Source: Chloroflexota bacterium | GTDB lineage: Bacteria > Chloroflexota > UBA11872 > VXNJ01 | Reading direction: 5' to 3' | Length of the DNA: 64,000 nucleotides | Assembly: GCA_965218195.1 (NCBI GenBank) | Contig: OZ244593.1 | Span: forward strand, 3,061,413 to 3,125,412 | Part shown: one piece after another, positions 10,052 to 20,710 of the stretch | How positions within the stretch are numbered: position 1 is the stretch's first letter | Layout of the letters: every line of letters begins with the position of its first letter | Translations under genes and position numbers: made by a program | The notes under the pieces: model-generated | The model's input: only the letters and a program-made list of their open reading frames with translations | Told to the model about the DNA's origin: nothing | Databases searched by the model: none

Positions 10052-11050
10052 ATGGCTAAGCTTCGCATCGGTCATTTCGGATCGTTCGGTCATCCTGTTT
10101 TGCGCCCGCTCAAGGGACATCCCAGGGCCGAGCTTGTCGCGACCTGCGAGATTCAGCGCGATCAGCTGGTGAGTTTGTGGGGCGCAGATCATCCCGGCCT
10201 TGGCGACGTCCAGCAGACATCTACTCTCGAAGAGTTGATGTCGTTGTGCGACGCCGTGGTGTTTTGCTCGCCCGTGCGCTACCAGCAGCCCGATCAGTGC
10301 ATTCAGGCGTTAAAGGCAGGCAAGCACGTCCTCGCCGAAAAGCCCTGTGCGTTCACCAAAGATCAGGTGGATGAGCTGATTGACCTCGACCGTCGGGGCC
10401 CGGCGCGATTCCTCGAAATGGGTGGAACGACCTTGACGCCCGCGCTCGTCCGCATGCGGGAGATCGTTTGGGCCGGCGACCTCGGCGACATCCTGTGCGT
10501 GCAGGCCCTCAAGAGTTACCCGGTTTCAGGCAGGCGTCCGCCTGACGAACGATTGGACGCCGGCCTGATCATGCAGTCTGGAATCCACGGCGCGCGGGCG
10601 ATGCAGGAGGTCACGGGCCTGACGATCACCGAGGTAATGTCATACGAGACGAAGGCGGGAAACCTCGGCCGCGGGGAACTGCGGATGGTGGCCAGCAGCA
10701 TCTGCCGGTTCGACAACGGCGCCGTGGGCAACATGACCATGAACTACCTGAATCCCCTGAAATTCGGTTCACACGGTAACGACCAGCTCCGCCTTTTCGG
10801 AGCTAAGGCGATGATCGAGGCGGTGGACGACAACAGCCGCCTGCGCATCGCTACGGGCGATGCTCCGCTGGAGGACATCGAGCCCGCGCCCGCACAACCG
10901 TCCTACTTCGATCTGTTCGTCGAGCACGTTCTGGACGGAAAGGAAATGCCGCTGCCGCTCGAACGCGAATTGCAGTCGACGCTGACCGTCATCGCGATGA
11001 ATGCGGCCGCCAAAACGGGCAGAGCCGTGAAGGTACCGGTTCTGAGGTAA
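10052..11050 (+). CDS. Gfo/Idh/MocA family oxidoreductase.
   Basis: It has an N-terminal Rossmann region and an AGKHVLAEKP motif. Confidence 0.8.
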   Translation: MAKLRIGHFGSFGHPVLRPLKGHPRAELVATCEIQRDQLVSLWGADHPGLGDVQQTSTLEELMSLCDAVVFCSPVRYQQPDQCIQALKAGKHVLAEKPCAFTKDQVDELIDLDRRGPARFLEMGGTTLTPALVRMREIVWAGDLGDILCVQALKSYPVSGRRPPDERLDAGLIMQSGIHGARAMQEVTGLTITEVMSYETKAGNLGRGELRMVASSICRFDNGAVGNMTMNYLNPLKFGSHGNDQLRLFGAKAMIEAVDDNSRLRIATGDAPLEDIEPAPAQPSYFDLFVEHVLDGKEMPLPLERELQSTLTVIAMNAAAKTGRAVKVPVLR

Positions 11051-11188
11051 CGAGCGTCAACACGCAACCCGGTCGCCGCACCGAGCTTGATACGATTCAG
11101 TGCCGCCTATTTAAGGAGATATTAATCAAGTCTCGTTTCGAGTCTCGGATCATGTTCGCGTGGGAAACAAAGCGAGGGGGGAAATTCG

Positions 11189-12085
11189 ATGGCCGATCAA
11201 ATACCAACCAGAACGTTGGGTCGAACCGGACTGGAAGTCGGGCGATTGGGCTTTGGAGCAATGGAGTTCAGGGGCGAACCAAGAGGCCGCGCCACCACGG
11301 ATGGCGAGGCGGGAGAGGTGCTCAACAACGTCCTCGCCGCCGGCATCAACTACGTCGACACCGCAAATGACTATGGTTTGAGCGAGGAGCGAATCGGGCG
11401 GTCCATCGCTTCGCGCCGTTCGGAGTACTTCCTCGCCACCAAGTGCGGATGTCCAGGGCCATCGGGCGGCGAGCACGAGTGGGACCGCGAGAACCTGTTT
11501 CGAGGCCTGAATCAAAGCCTTGATCTCCTCAAAACCAAACACGTGGACGTCATGCAGTTGCACAATCCATCGGTTGAAGATGCCGAGACGCATGGGGTCG
11601 TCGACAGCCTTAACGAGATGCGCGACTCAGGGTCAGTGCGCCATATCGGCATCTCAACCACGCTTCCGGATCTCCCCACCTACATCGATTGGGGCGTCTT
11701 CGACGTATTTCAGATTCCATACTCTGCTCTAAATCGCGAGCATGAAAACTGGATCAGTAAGGCCGCTCAGGCCGGAATCGGCACCGTGATCCGAGGCGGC
11801 GTGCAAAAGGGCCAGCCGGGCGATGGCCGTGGGTCGATCGAGGCATGGGAGACGTTTGACAAGGCAAACCTCGATGAGCTGCGTGAAGATGGTGAGTCGC
11901 GGACTGCATTCCTTTTGAGATTCACGTTGTCTCATCCCGACATTCATACGATCATCGTGGGCACAATGAGTACGGAGCATTTGCGTCAAAACCTGGACAC
12001 CACGCGGCGGGGTCCATTGGCCCCCGATGTGTACGCTGAAGCCAGGCGCCGGTTAGACGAAGTGGGCGAGACGCCTGCCTCGTAG
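11189..12085 (+). CDS. Aldo/keto reductase family oxidoreductase.
   Basis: It has the RTLGRTGLEVGRLGFG... and VDTANDYG AKR motifs. Confidence 0.85.
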   Translation: MADQIPTRTLGRTGLEVGRLGFGAMEFRGEPRGRATTDGEAGEVLNNVLAAGINYVDTANDYGLSEERIGRSIASRRSEYFLATKCGCPGPSGGEHEWDRENLFRGLNQSLDLLKTKHVDVMQLHNPSVEDAETHGVVDSLNEMRDSGSVRHIGISTTLPDLPTYIDWGVFDVFQIPYSALNREHENWISKAAQAGIGTVIRGGVQKGQPGDGRGSIEAWETFDKANLDELREDGESRTAFLLRFTLSHPDIHTIIVGTMSTEHLRQNLDTTRRGPLAPDVYAEARRRLDEVGETPAS

Positions 12086-12250
12086 GCAAACAGCCGCACG
12101 TTGAGCAGCCGCGATTGAAGAATCGTTTCTCGGGTGGTAGACCAGCCGTGGCTCGACTTTCCGAACCGAGAGCGGGGCTTCGAGTGGTAGCCATATCCGA
12201 CGGCCCCGGTCGCCCGGAGCCCTTCAAGTCCAGCCTGCCTGCAGCGGGAT

Positions 12251-12304
12251 ATCCGACCTGGATGCACAATTTATTTCAACCGCTGAGCTTATTTCAACCG
12301 CTGA
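12251..12304. repeat. Direct repeat TTATTTCAACCGCTGAGC x2 upstream of the 12325 gene.
   Basis: Read directly. It could be an operator, or it could be incidental. Confidence 0.3.
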
Positions 12305-12324
12305 GCGCAAGCGTCAGCTTCTGA

Positions 12325-13296
12325 ATGGGCGACGTCAGGCTGGCAATCATCGGAACAGGTGGGATGGCCGCCCATCATGCTGACGCGTTTCGTGATCTCG
12401 ACGGGTGCGCGGTCGTCGCAATACCCGGGCGGAATCCAGATACGGGTCGGAAGCTCGCCAAACGGCACGATGTCCCGCTCACAACCAACTGGACCGAAGC
12501 CGTTCAGAGGAGCGACGTGGATGCTGTAGTCGTATGTACTCACAATGAAAGCCACGCAGAAATCGCGATGGCGGCGATTCGGTCGGGCAAGCACGTTTTG
12601 ACGGAATACCCCATAGCCCGGTCGATCGAACAGGGTGACCGCCTTAGAGAAGCTCTGCGGGAGTCAGGCAAGGTGCTGCGAGTAACGCACGAACCGGCCT
12701 TTTCGAAGGCGCAATCCGCCGTGCATGATCGAATCGCAGCCTTGGGTGACCTGATTACCGCGATCTTCGTGCGATTGACGCCAGGGCGCGGACGACGCCC
12801 CGAAGTCCTATTCAATCTTGAAGTATCCGGACCTCCCGCACTTTTCTTTGTCGGACATATTTATCCTCTGATCGACCTATTCGGTCCCGCCGCCTGGGTC
12901 GAGGGCGCTGCTGAATACGTAGGTCTGGATGCGCAAAATCGGTACGAGCGGTTCGCAAACAGCGTGACGGTTGGATTTCAACGCGGTGGCCTGGCGCATT
13001 GGATCTGGGCTGGCGGGATCCAGATTGGGGAAGCGGAGGAGTTCCAGCGAATCGTCTTCACGGGCGGGACACTTATCAGAGACGGCCAGAATTGGAAGAT
13101 TTCGACCGCTGACGGCGTTGGCGCAATCGATACCGCCGGTCAAAACGAACCATCGGTGCAAAAGCAGTTTTTGCTCGACCTGAATTCTGAGAACAGGCAA
13201 TGGCTCAAAGACACTGAGGCCGCGTTCGACGCTGCGAGGATAGGACTCTCAGCCGAAATATCAGCACGCAAAAACCGACGGGTCTTGATCAGATGA
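12325..13296 (+). CDS. Gfo/Idh/MocA family oxidoreductase.
   Basis: It has the Rossmann N-terminus LAIIGTGGMAAHHA and a GKHVLTEYP motif. Confidence 0.75.
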   Translation: MGDVRLAIIGTGGMAAHHADAFRDLDGCAVVAIPGRNPDTGRKLAKRHDVPLTTNWTEAVQRSDVDAVVVCTHNESHAEIAMAAIRSGKHVLTEYPIARSIEQGDRLREALRESGKVLRVTHEPAFSKAQSAVHDRIAALGDLITAIFVRLTPGRGRRPEVLFNLEVSGPPALFFVGHIYPLIDLFGPAAWVEGAAEYVGLDAQNRYERFANSVTVGFQRGGLAHWIWAGGIQIGEAEEFQRIVFTGGTLIRDGQNWKISTADGVGAIDTAGQNEPSVQKQFLLDLNSENRQWLKDTEAAFDAARIGLSAEISARKNRRVLIR

Positions 13297-14458
13297 CCGT
13301 AATCACGTCGATTGGCGGATGAATTACCGGCCTGAACCGACGTTCCGGAAGCCGACCCTGATCGCTGAGCGGCGCTCAGGCGGGACGCGAAAACCCGATC
13401 CGTGCTGACGGAATTAACATTTGGGCCCCGGAGGCGAGCGCCTGGACGAACGATCGTTCTCCACCATCGACCGATCCACGCTGAAGTTGAAGTCTAATTG
13501 CAAGACTCTTGCAATGCGGCTTGGCCGGGCATGGCTGCCATGCGCGATGCCTAGAGGATTTGAACGGTGAAGTTCCTATCCTCCCAGCAGTCTCCCTCCG
13601 GCCAGAAAAAAGTGAATTCAATCTCTTCCGCGTCACGGACGAACCTCTGCTGTATCCGACACTCGTACCTATCACTGCGATTTCGTTTCAGATCGAGGTC
13701 TCAGAAAGTTTGCCAGCCGTCGAATGTGATTCTGCACATCGCCGACGCATCGACAACGATGCGAATCGACATATCCCTTGAGACATGACCGAGCTGACTT
13801 TCAACCGACCACACCGGCATGCGACCAGGCCTCCGGGCCGTGACAGTCCGCTTCCTTTGGCAGCATCTCGCGGCTAGAGGGAATTCCGGCAACACTGGCC
13901 GAATGTACTTTCGACTAGCGGTCGAGCCGCCCAACGAAACCACCCCACACATGGAGAGCCTACGTAGTTCGCCACCCACTGCCTGGTGAAATCCTTACCA
14001 ATCTCCACCCGGCTCAGGCGGCAATGGTCATTTGAATTTGAGAAGGGCAACCGCATCCATGAACGGATTTCGCCATTGCCCGACTCCTCGTTCTGGTCAT
14101 ATCCGCGCGCACGCCCCGGATGGCTTTCGTCACAACGAAATGGCGGAATTATTCCGCTACCAGCCTGAGGTTCGCGGCCGCGGGGATGGGATATGCCGTT
14201 CTCGCGGCGGACTATGACGTTGGACAGACGCTTTCCACCACAGATCGAGTCACTGTCCAATGGCCCACAACCAGCGATGTCACAAAGTTGCACGACGTTC
14301 CCACCAGCCCGACGGTAGAGGTGCGTGCGGAGCAAGTCGGCCTTGCAGGCAGTCATTCCGATTTCATAAGCAACACGCCGCCCGCCGCCACACCAAGATC
14401 TCGATCTGTCCGTATCGAATCATCGCATCGCAAACAGCGCTCGCTGAAGGGCAAGTCG

Positions 14459-15112
14459 ATGCTAACGGGCGACGAGATCGAACGATTCGACCGCGACGGT
14501 TATTTGGTCTTCCCGCGTCTCCTCAACGAGCCCAAGCGGCGAAAGTACTTTTCGGTTTTCGAGGAACTCGTCGAGAAAGCCAAATCACTCAAGACCAATC
14601 GGCCGCCGACATGGTTGCTCGAGGTAGACGCCGAGGGGAATCCGGTTACCGGGGTCCTTCACAAAGTCCAGGGGGTTGGAGTCGTCGATTTTCGAGCTCT
14701 CGACATGGCGCAGGAGCCCGAGATCGTCTCCCGTATCGAAAGCCTGATTGGACCGCAAATGGCGATTTTCGGTGCCAAGTTCTTCCCGAAACTGGCAGGC
14801 GGAGGCACATCTGTCCACTGGCATCAGGACAATTTTTATTTCAAAACCGAATCGGACCAGATAATTAGTTGCGGTATCTATTTGGAAGACGCCGACCAGG
14901 CAAATGGTTGCCTCCGTGTTATTCCCGGCAGCCATAAGCAGGGGGTCACCCACCACGAGCGATCCGGCCTCGTCGAGGCCAAGGGGTATAAAGCCGAGAT
15001 CTACGAATCGAAAGCCGTTGATGTTGTCTGTCCGGGCGGAACTGTGGTTTTGTTTTCAGCAAATCTGATGCACGGGACCAACGAGGGGTTCCCCCTAAAG
15101 GTGTGTAAATAG
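14459..15112 (+). CDS. Phytanoyl-CoA dioxygenase (PhyH) family Fe(II)/2OG oxygenase. Its 3' end abuts the IS256 remnant and may be altered by it.
   Basis: It starts MLTGDEIERFDRDGYLVFPRLL. It has HWHQDNFYF (HxD) and a later LMHGT His. Its stop is 2 bp from the IS256 transposase stop. Confidence 0.65.
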   Translation: MLTGDEIERFDRDGYLVFPRLLNEPKRRKYFSVFEELVEKAKSLKTNRPPTWLLEVDAEGNPVTGVLHKVQGVGVVDFRALDMAQEPEIVSRIESLIGPQMAIFGAKFFPKLAGGGTSVHWHQDNFYFKTESDQIISCGIYLEDADQANGCLRVIPGSHKQGVTHHERSGLVEAKGYKAEIYESKAVDVVCPGGTVVLFSANLMHGTNEGFPLKVCK

Positions 15113-15114
15113 CC

Positions 15115-15944
15115 TCAGGCGGCGACCTTTTCTCTCCTGCTCTTCAAAAAGCGCTCCCCGTCGACGAAGACGGCTCCTTCCGCGACTTCGGCCACCAGAT
15201 GCGGCGCATCGAGGCGCCGGAATCGCGATTCCGCCACCATCAGGGTCTTCCAGATCACCGCGGTGGCATTGGCGACCTTTTTGTAACGCTTGGCCGCGGC
15301 CGTCCGCAACCGCACCGCGGCAAACGGCGACTCGATGATGTTGGTGGTGCGCAGATGTTTCCAGTGGGCTTTGGGGAAGTCATAAAAGGTGACCATGCGT
15401 TCCCAGTCGTACTCGATGAGCTCTGCGGCGCCTTCGAACCCCTTCCCTTTGCACCAGTCCTGGAACCTGCCCTTCAACCGCTCTACCTCCGCCCTGGTCT
15501 GCGCGTAGGGGATCGCGGTCAGCAGCAGCTTGCCTTCCGCCTGCCGCGACTTCGGCAGCTTGTCCAGCACGTTTACGATCCGGTGGTTCCAGCAGCGCTG
15601 CTCCTTTGCCTTCGGAAACACCTCTGCCAGCGCGCCCCAGATTCCCAGGTGCCCGTCTCCCACGACCACGGACGGGCAGTTCATGCCCCTCTCCTTCAGA
15701 CCGCGTATTAAGGACGTAAAGAACGCCTCCGCTTGGCGTCGAGCTCTGCCACGCAGGCGACGCCCACATCGCAACCCGGTGCGCGCCCCTGGCGCGCCAC
15801 AGGGCGAGATATACACGCTAGGCGAAATTGGTCGGGTTGCGGCCGGTTCTCAGCCAAAACGCGCGTGCCAGGGGGCACCTCTTTGCGAGTTAGCACGGCT
15901 GCGAATTATGGATTCTAGGTTGCACGGGAATCGTAGAAGCGGAC
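15115..15944 (-). mobile_element. IS256-family remnant. Only the C-terminal two-thirds of the transposase survives (15115 to about 15720).
   Basis: AFFTSLIRGLKERGMNCPSVVVGDGHLGIWGALAEVFP...CWNHRIVNVL...YDFPKAHWKHLRTTNIIES matches the conserved IS256/mutator core. There is no room for an N-terminal part or terminal IRs. It is cut by the IS3-family element at 15945. Confidence 0.7.
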
Positions 15945-16007
15945 TGACCTTGCCCCCGAAAACGCCCTGGATTTTGAGTAGAGTCCGTTCAATGGGAGGA
16001 GACGGAC

Positions 16008-16274
16008 ATGAGACGGAGCAGGTATCGCGAGGAACAGATCATCGGCATCCTCAAAGAGCAGCAGGCGGGGTTGCCAGCCGCAGAGCTCTGCCGCAAGTAC
16101 GGGGTCAGCGGCGCGACGTTTTACAAGTGGCGGTCCAAGTACGGCGGCATGGAGGTATCAGACGCCAGGAAGCTGAAGGGGCTGGAGGATGAGAACCGGC
16201 GCCTGAAGAAGCTGCTGGCGGAATCGATGCTGGATGTGGCGACGCTGCGCGAGCTACTTGCAAAAAACTTCTAA
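16008..16274 (+). CDS. IS3-family transposase OrfA.
   Basis: [40 protein letters not shown] with a C-terminal zipper. Confidence 0.85.
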   Translation: MRRSRYREEQIIGILKEQQAGLPAAELCRKYGVSGATFYKWRSKYGGMEVSDARKLKGLEDENRRLKKLLAESMLDVATLRELLAKNF

Positions 16275-16282
16275 CGCCCAGA

Positions 16283-17119
16283 TTGCGGAGGAAGGCCGCG
16301 GCCTGGGCGATGACGGAGACTAGTCACTCGCAGCGCCGTGCCTGCGCTCTTGTCGGGATGGATCCGAAGACTTACCGCTATGAATCGAGGCGGCCGGACG
16401 ACGCCGGCATCCGCAAGCGGTTGCGGGAATTGGCCGAGCAGCGCCGACGGTTCGGCTACCGCCGTCTGCACATCCTGCTGGCCAGGGAAGGCATCCGGCT
16501 CAATCATAAAAAGCTCTATCGCAGCTATCGCGAGGAACGGCTCACGGTGCGCAAGCGAGGCGGGCGCAAGCGGGCGCTCGGCACGCGTGCCCCGCTGCTG
16601 CTCCCCTGGAACCGCAACCAGCGCTGGTCGCTCGATTTCGTCGCGGATGCATTGGCCGACGGCAGGCGGTTCCGCATCCTGGCGGTGGTGGACGACTTCA
16701 GCCGCGAGTGCCTCGCCCGCGTCGTCGACACATCGCTGTCTGGCGTCCGCGTGGCTCGGGAGCTGGACCGCATCGTCGAGCTGCGGGGCCGCCCCCGCAT
16801 GCTGGTCAGCGACAACGGCACCGAGCTCACCTCAAACGCTAGCCTGCGCTGGCAGCAGGAACGCGGCGTTGGCTGGCACTACATCGCACCGGGCAAGCCC
16901 ATGCAAAACGGCTTTGTCGAGAGCTTCAACGGCCGCCTGCGCGACGAGTGCCTCAACGAACATCTCTTCGCCGGCCTGGCCGAAGCGCGGCGGATCATCG
17001 CGGAATGGAGGTACGACTACAACACAACACGCCCGCACACGAGCCTGGATGGGCTCACACCCAACCAGTTTGCAGCCCGCCCCAATTGGGGCCATAACCT
17101 GAAAAGATTCTACTTATGA
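16283..17119 (+). CDS. IS3-family transposase OrfB (DDE).
   Basis: It has [30 protein letters not shown] and [19 protein letters not shown] motifs. Confidence 0.85.
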   Translation: MRRKAAAWAMTETSHSQRRACALVGMDPKTYRYESRRPDDAGIRKRLRELAEQRRRFGYRRLHILLAREGIRLNHKKLYRSYREERLTVRKRGGRKRALGTRAPLLLPWNRNQRWSLDFVADALADGRRFRILAVVDDFSRECLARVVDTSLSGVRVARELDRIVELRGRPRMLVSDNGTELTSNASLRWQQERGVGWHYIAPGKPMQNGFVESFNGRLRDECLNEHLFAGLAEARRIIAEWRYDYNTTRPHTSLDGLTPNQFAARPNWGHNLKRFYL

Positions 17120-17147
17120 GTGAGGGTAAGTTGGGGGCAGGGTCACC

Positions 17148-17450
17148 CTTGTTATAGATCAGCCGGAGGATGACCTCGATCATGCCTTCATAATCAATTC
17201 GATAGTCGAAGGCATGCGCACTGCCAAGTCTGGCCGTCAGATCGTCGCCGCAACTCACAATCCAAACATCCCAGTTCTTGGCGATGCTGAGATGGTCTTT
17301 CGAGTCGCGCGACAAGCGGGCGACGACGTCTGCCACATACGGAATTCAGGGGGACTTGAGCTACCTCAAGTTACCGCGGAAGTTCAGAGCCTCGAAGGCG
17401 GCGCCGAGGCCTTTGAGCGGCGCAGACAAAAATACTCAGGTGTGTCCTAG
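17148..17450 (+). pseudogene. C-terminal fragment (about 100 aa) of an ABC/AAA_21-type ATPase (Walker B and H-loop), cut at its 5' side by IS3 copy 1.
   Basis: The in-frame translation from the IS boundary reads LVIDQPEDDLDHAFIINSIVEGMRTAKSGRQIVAATHNPNIPVLGDAEMVF. It has no start or N-terminal half. Confidence 0.55.
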
Positions 17451-17836
17451 GGTAGGAGGCAACGCTCGTGTCGGTCTCTGGGGCAGTTGCGCGATTGGGA
17501 TTTGCCATGGATGAGTTCTCTGACTGACCTGCTTCCTGAAAGACGGTTACGAGGAATGGTAGAACTTGGGCAATCGGAGGGGGGGCAGATAGCAAGGCGG
17601 AAGCAGATGCTGGAGCAGGTTATCAACAAGCCACGCTTGGCCGAGGCGGTTGTAGCCGGGATTTGGATTGGGTCTGAGCCCGGTTGAAAGATCCCGGTAA
17701 CGGAGCGGTCCCTCTACCCGTGGCCGGTGGACAGCGGGGCGCTGAGGTTCGACTAGATGCGTGATGACTCGATCGGAGACCGCATGCTTGCGGCTGGCGA
17801 GGCTAGGGCTAAGGCATCGCTCTCTCGGTTGATGGG

Positions 17837-20674
17837 ATGACCCCATACGAGTTCATCACCAAGTGGCGCGCGTCGGAGCTGAAGGAGCGCTCGGCGGCGC
17901 AGGAACACTTCATCGACCTGTGCCGGCTGCTGGATGAGCCAACCCCCGCCGAAGCCGACCCGACCGGCGAGTATTACTGCTTCGAGCGCGGCGCGCGCAA
18001 GGACACCGGCGGCGACGGCTGGGCGGACGTCTGGAAACGCCACCACTTCGCCTGGGAGTACAAGGGCAAACACGCCAACCTGGACGCCGCCTTCACCCAG
18101 CTCAGGCAGTACGCCCTGGCGCTGGAGAACCCCCCGCTGCTGATCGTCTCCGACATGCTGCGGTTCCGCATCTACACCAACTGGACCAACAGCGTCAGCC
18201 GGGTCCACGAGTTCGGGTTGGACGATCTCGCCGGCGCGGCTGTGCGTAACAAGCTCAAGTGGGCGCTCTCGGACCCCGAGCGCCTGCGGCCCGGCGAAAC
18301 CCGGCAGACGCTCACCGAGCGCGCCGCGGCGGCCTTCGCCTCGCTTGCACACGGATTGCGGGAGCGCGGCCACGACCCGCAGGTGGTCGCGCATTTCGTC
18401 AACCGGCTCGTGTTCTGCATGTTCGCCGAGGACGTCGGCCTGCTGCCGAACGGCATGTTTACGCGGATGCTGGAGCACGCACGGCAGCGACCTGGTGAAT
18501 TCGCCGAGCTTGCCCGCGACCTGTTCGGCGCGATGGCCACCGGCGGCCGGATCGGCTTCGAGGAGGTCGCCTGGTTCGACGGCGGGCTGTTCGACGACGA
18601 TTCCACGCTGTCCCTGGAGAAGGCCGAGATCGAGACGGTGCTTGCGACGGCGGACCTGGACTGGTCGGAGATCGACCCGTCGATCCTGGGCACGCTGTTC
18701 GAGCGCGGGCTGGACCCCCGCAAGCGCGCGCAGCTTGGCGCGCACTACACCGACCGCGACAAGATCATGCTTATCGTCGAGCCGGTTATGGTGCGCCCCT
18801 GGCTTGCCGAGTGGCAAGCGGCCAAGGCGGAGATCGCGGCCTGTCTGGAACGGGCCGCAGCGGCCAGGTCGAGAGCGGCTCAGAACCGTCATTACGGGCA
18901 AGCGGAACGACTGCTGCGCGATTTTCTTGAACGGCTGCGGGGCTTCAAGGTGCTCGATCCCGCCTGCGGTTCGGGCAACTTCCTCTATCTGGCGCTGCAC
19001 GCGCTCAAGGACCTGGAGCATCGGGTGCAGCTTGAAGCGGACGCGATGGGCCTGCCGCTTACGTTCCCCGAAATCGGCCCCGCCAGCGTCAAGGGAATCG
19101 AGATCAACCCCTACGCCGCCGAGCTTGCCCGCGTCTCGGTCTGGATCGGCGAAATCCAGTGGATGCGGCGCAACGGCTTCTCGGAGTCGCGCAAGCCCAT
19201 CCTAAAGCCGCTCGACACCATCGAATGCCGCGACGCCATCCTCTCCCCGGACGGCGTGGAACCCGACTGGCCGGAGGCCGACGTGGTGATCGGCAATCCG
19301 CCGTTTGTTGGAGGCAAGCTCCTGCGCGGCGTGCTGGGCGGCGCATACGTGGAGGCGTTACAGCGGCTCTATGGCGACCGTATTCACGGCGAAGCCGACC
19401 TTGTATGCCACTGGTTCGACAAGGCCGAGCGCCTGGTCGCCGCCGGCAGGATTGCGCGCGCCGGCTTGGTCGCGACCAACTCGATCCGCGGCGGACGCAA
19501 CCGTTCGGTGCTGGACCGGATAGTCGAGCGCGGGGCGATCCATGACGCCTGGTCGGATGAACCCTGGGTTATCGACGGCGCGGCTGTGCGGGTATCGCTG
19601 ATCTGCTTCACTCGCAAGGACGCCGGGCTATCCGGGCGCCTGGACGGGAAGGACGCGCCACGCATCAACGCCGATCTGACCACCGGAACGGTTGATCTCA
19701 CGTACGCGGGCCGCCTCACGGAGAACGCCGGAGCCGCCTTCATGGGCGACACCAAGGGCGGCGCGTTTGACGTTACCGGCGATCTGGCCCGGGAATGGCT
19801 GGGGCTTCCCGCCAACCCTAACGGGCGGCCCAACTCGGACGTTCTCAAGCCGTGGGTCAACGGCATGAACCTGACCCGCCGTCCGGCGGGCAAGTGGATC
19901 ATCGACTTCGGATGGACGATGTCGGAGAACGACACCGCGCTCTACGAAGCGCCGTTCGCCTACATCGCGGAACACGTCCGGCCAGTGCGGCAGCGCAACC
20001 GTGAGAGCAGAGTCAGGGAGTTCTGGTGGCGACATGTGCGGCCCCGGCCCGACATGTGGCAGGCGTTGGACGGCCTGACCCGGTATATCGCCACGCCTTG
20101 TGTAGCAAAGCACCGGGTTTTTGCCTGGTACGACGTGCGTATCTGTCCCGACCACCAGCTAATCGTGATCGCCCGCGACGACGATACGACCTTTGGCATC
20201 TTGCACAGCCGGTTTCATGAGGCATGGTCGCTCAGGCTTGGCACGAGCCTGGAGGACCGACCGCGCTACACGCCGACCACAACCTTCCAGACTTTCCCGT
20301 TTCCGGAGGGGCTGACGCCCGACGTTCCCGCCCACGATTACGCGAACGATCCGCGCGCCGTGGCGATTGCCGACGCCGCCCGGCGGCTGGTGGAGCTAAG
20401 GGACCGCTGGCTCAACCCGCCCGAATGGGTGGAATGGGTTGACGAGCCCGTCCCCGGCTACCCCAGGCGCCCCGTCCCGCGCGACGAGGCCGCCGCCACG
20501 CAACTCAAGAAACGCACCCTGACCAACCTCTACAACCAGCGCCCCCAATGGCTCACCAACGCCCACGCCGACCTAGACTCAGCCGTAGCCGCCGCCTACG
20601 GCTGGCCGGCGGATATCTCGGAGGAGGATGCTTTGGGGGAGTTGTTGGAGATGAACTTGGCGAAATGCGACTGA
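17837..20674 (+). CDS. MmeI-like type IIL/IIG restriction-modification enzyme: an N-terminal PD-(D/E)xK nuclease, a gamma-class N6-adenine methyltransferase and a C-terminal target-recognition region.
   Basis: It is 945 aa. Block-wise similarity to MmeI: D-x-EYK (GWADVWKRHHFAWEYKGK), LVFCMFAED, LDWSEIDPSILGTLFE...LGAHYT, DPACGSGNFL (motif I), GIEINPYAAELARVSVWI, NPPFVGGK (motif IV) and VATNSI. Confidence 0.8.
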   Translation: MTPYEFITKWRASELKERSAAQEHFIDLCRLLDEPTPAEADPTGEYYCFERGARKDTGGDGWADVWKRHHFAWEYKGKHANLDAAFTQLRQYALALENPPLLIVSDMLRFRIYTNWTNSVSRVHEFGLDDLAGAAVRNKLKWALSDPERLRPGETRQTLTERAAAAFASLAHGLRERGHDPQVVAHFVNRLVFCMFAEDVGLLPNGMFTRMLEHARQRPGEFAELARDLFGAMATGGRIGFEEVAWFDGGLFDDDSTLSLEKAEIETVLATADLDWSEIDPSILGTLFERGLDPRKRAQLGAHYTDRDKIMLIVEPVMVRPWLAEWQAAKAEIAACLERAAAARSRAAQNRHYGQAERLLRDFLERLRGFKVLDPACGSGNFLYLALHALKDLEHRVQLEADAMGLPLTFPEIGPASVKGIEINPYAAELARVSVWIGEIQWMRRNGFSESRKPILKPLDTIECRDAILSPDGVEPDWPEADVVIGNPPFVGGKLLRGVLGGAYVEALQRLYGDRIHGEADLVCHWFDKAERLVAAGRIARAGLVATNSIRGGRNRSVLDRIVERGAIHDAWSDEPWVIDGAAVRVSLICFTRKDAGLSGRLDGKDAPRINADLTTGTVDLTYAGRLTENAGAAFMGDTKGGAFDVTGDLAREWLGLPANPNGRPNSDVLKPWVNGMNLTRRPAGKWIIDFGWTMSENDTALYEAPFAYIAEHVRPVRQRNRESRVREFWWRHVRPRPDMWQALDGLTRYIATPCVAKHRVFAWYDVRICPDHQLIVIARDDDTTFGILHSRFHEAWSLRLGTSLEDRPRYTPTTTFQTFPFPEGLTPDVPAHDYANDPRAVAIADAARRLVELRDRWLNPPEWVEWVDEPVPGYPRRPVPRDEAAATQLKKRTLTNLYNQRPQWLTNAHADLDSAVAAAYGWPADISEEDALGELLEMNLAKCD

Positions 20675-20710
20675 CAATCCGCGATCGATTCAGGCGATGA
20701 GCAAGCGGCA

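Larger units (their letters stand above)
15945..17145 (+). mobile_element. IS3-family (IS407/IS2-like group) insertion sequence, copy 1 (1201 bp), apparently intact.
   Basis: The ends TGACCTTGCCCCCG ... CGGGGGCAGGGTCA are shared with copy 2 at 43568-44768. OrfA is 16008-16274 and OrfB is 16283-17119. No target-site duplication is visible. Confidence 0.8.

Noticed and set aside
13300-14450. Several 60-160-aa ORFs in the lower-GC stretch between the Gfo gene and PhyH.
   Set aside because: They have no recognisable motifs and inconsistent frames. They are probably decayed or non-coding sequence. I could not support any as a gene.
17753-19021. A 422-aa ORF antisense to the MmeI-like gene, and similar long antisense ORFs at 58418-59485 (-), 29085-31196 (+), 30526-31179 (-) and 19628-20155 (-).
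   Set aside because: These are Arg/Pro/Gly-rich translations typical of the non-coding strand of high-GC genes. No motifs were found in them, and the opposite strand carries a well-supported gene.
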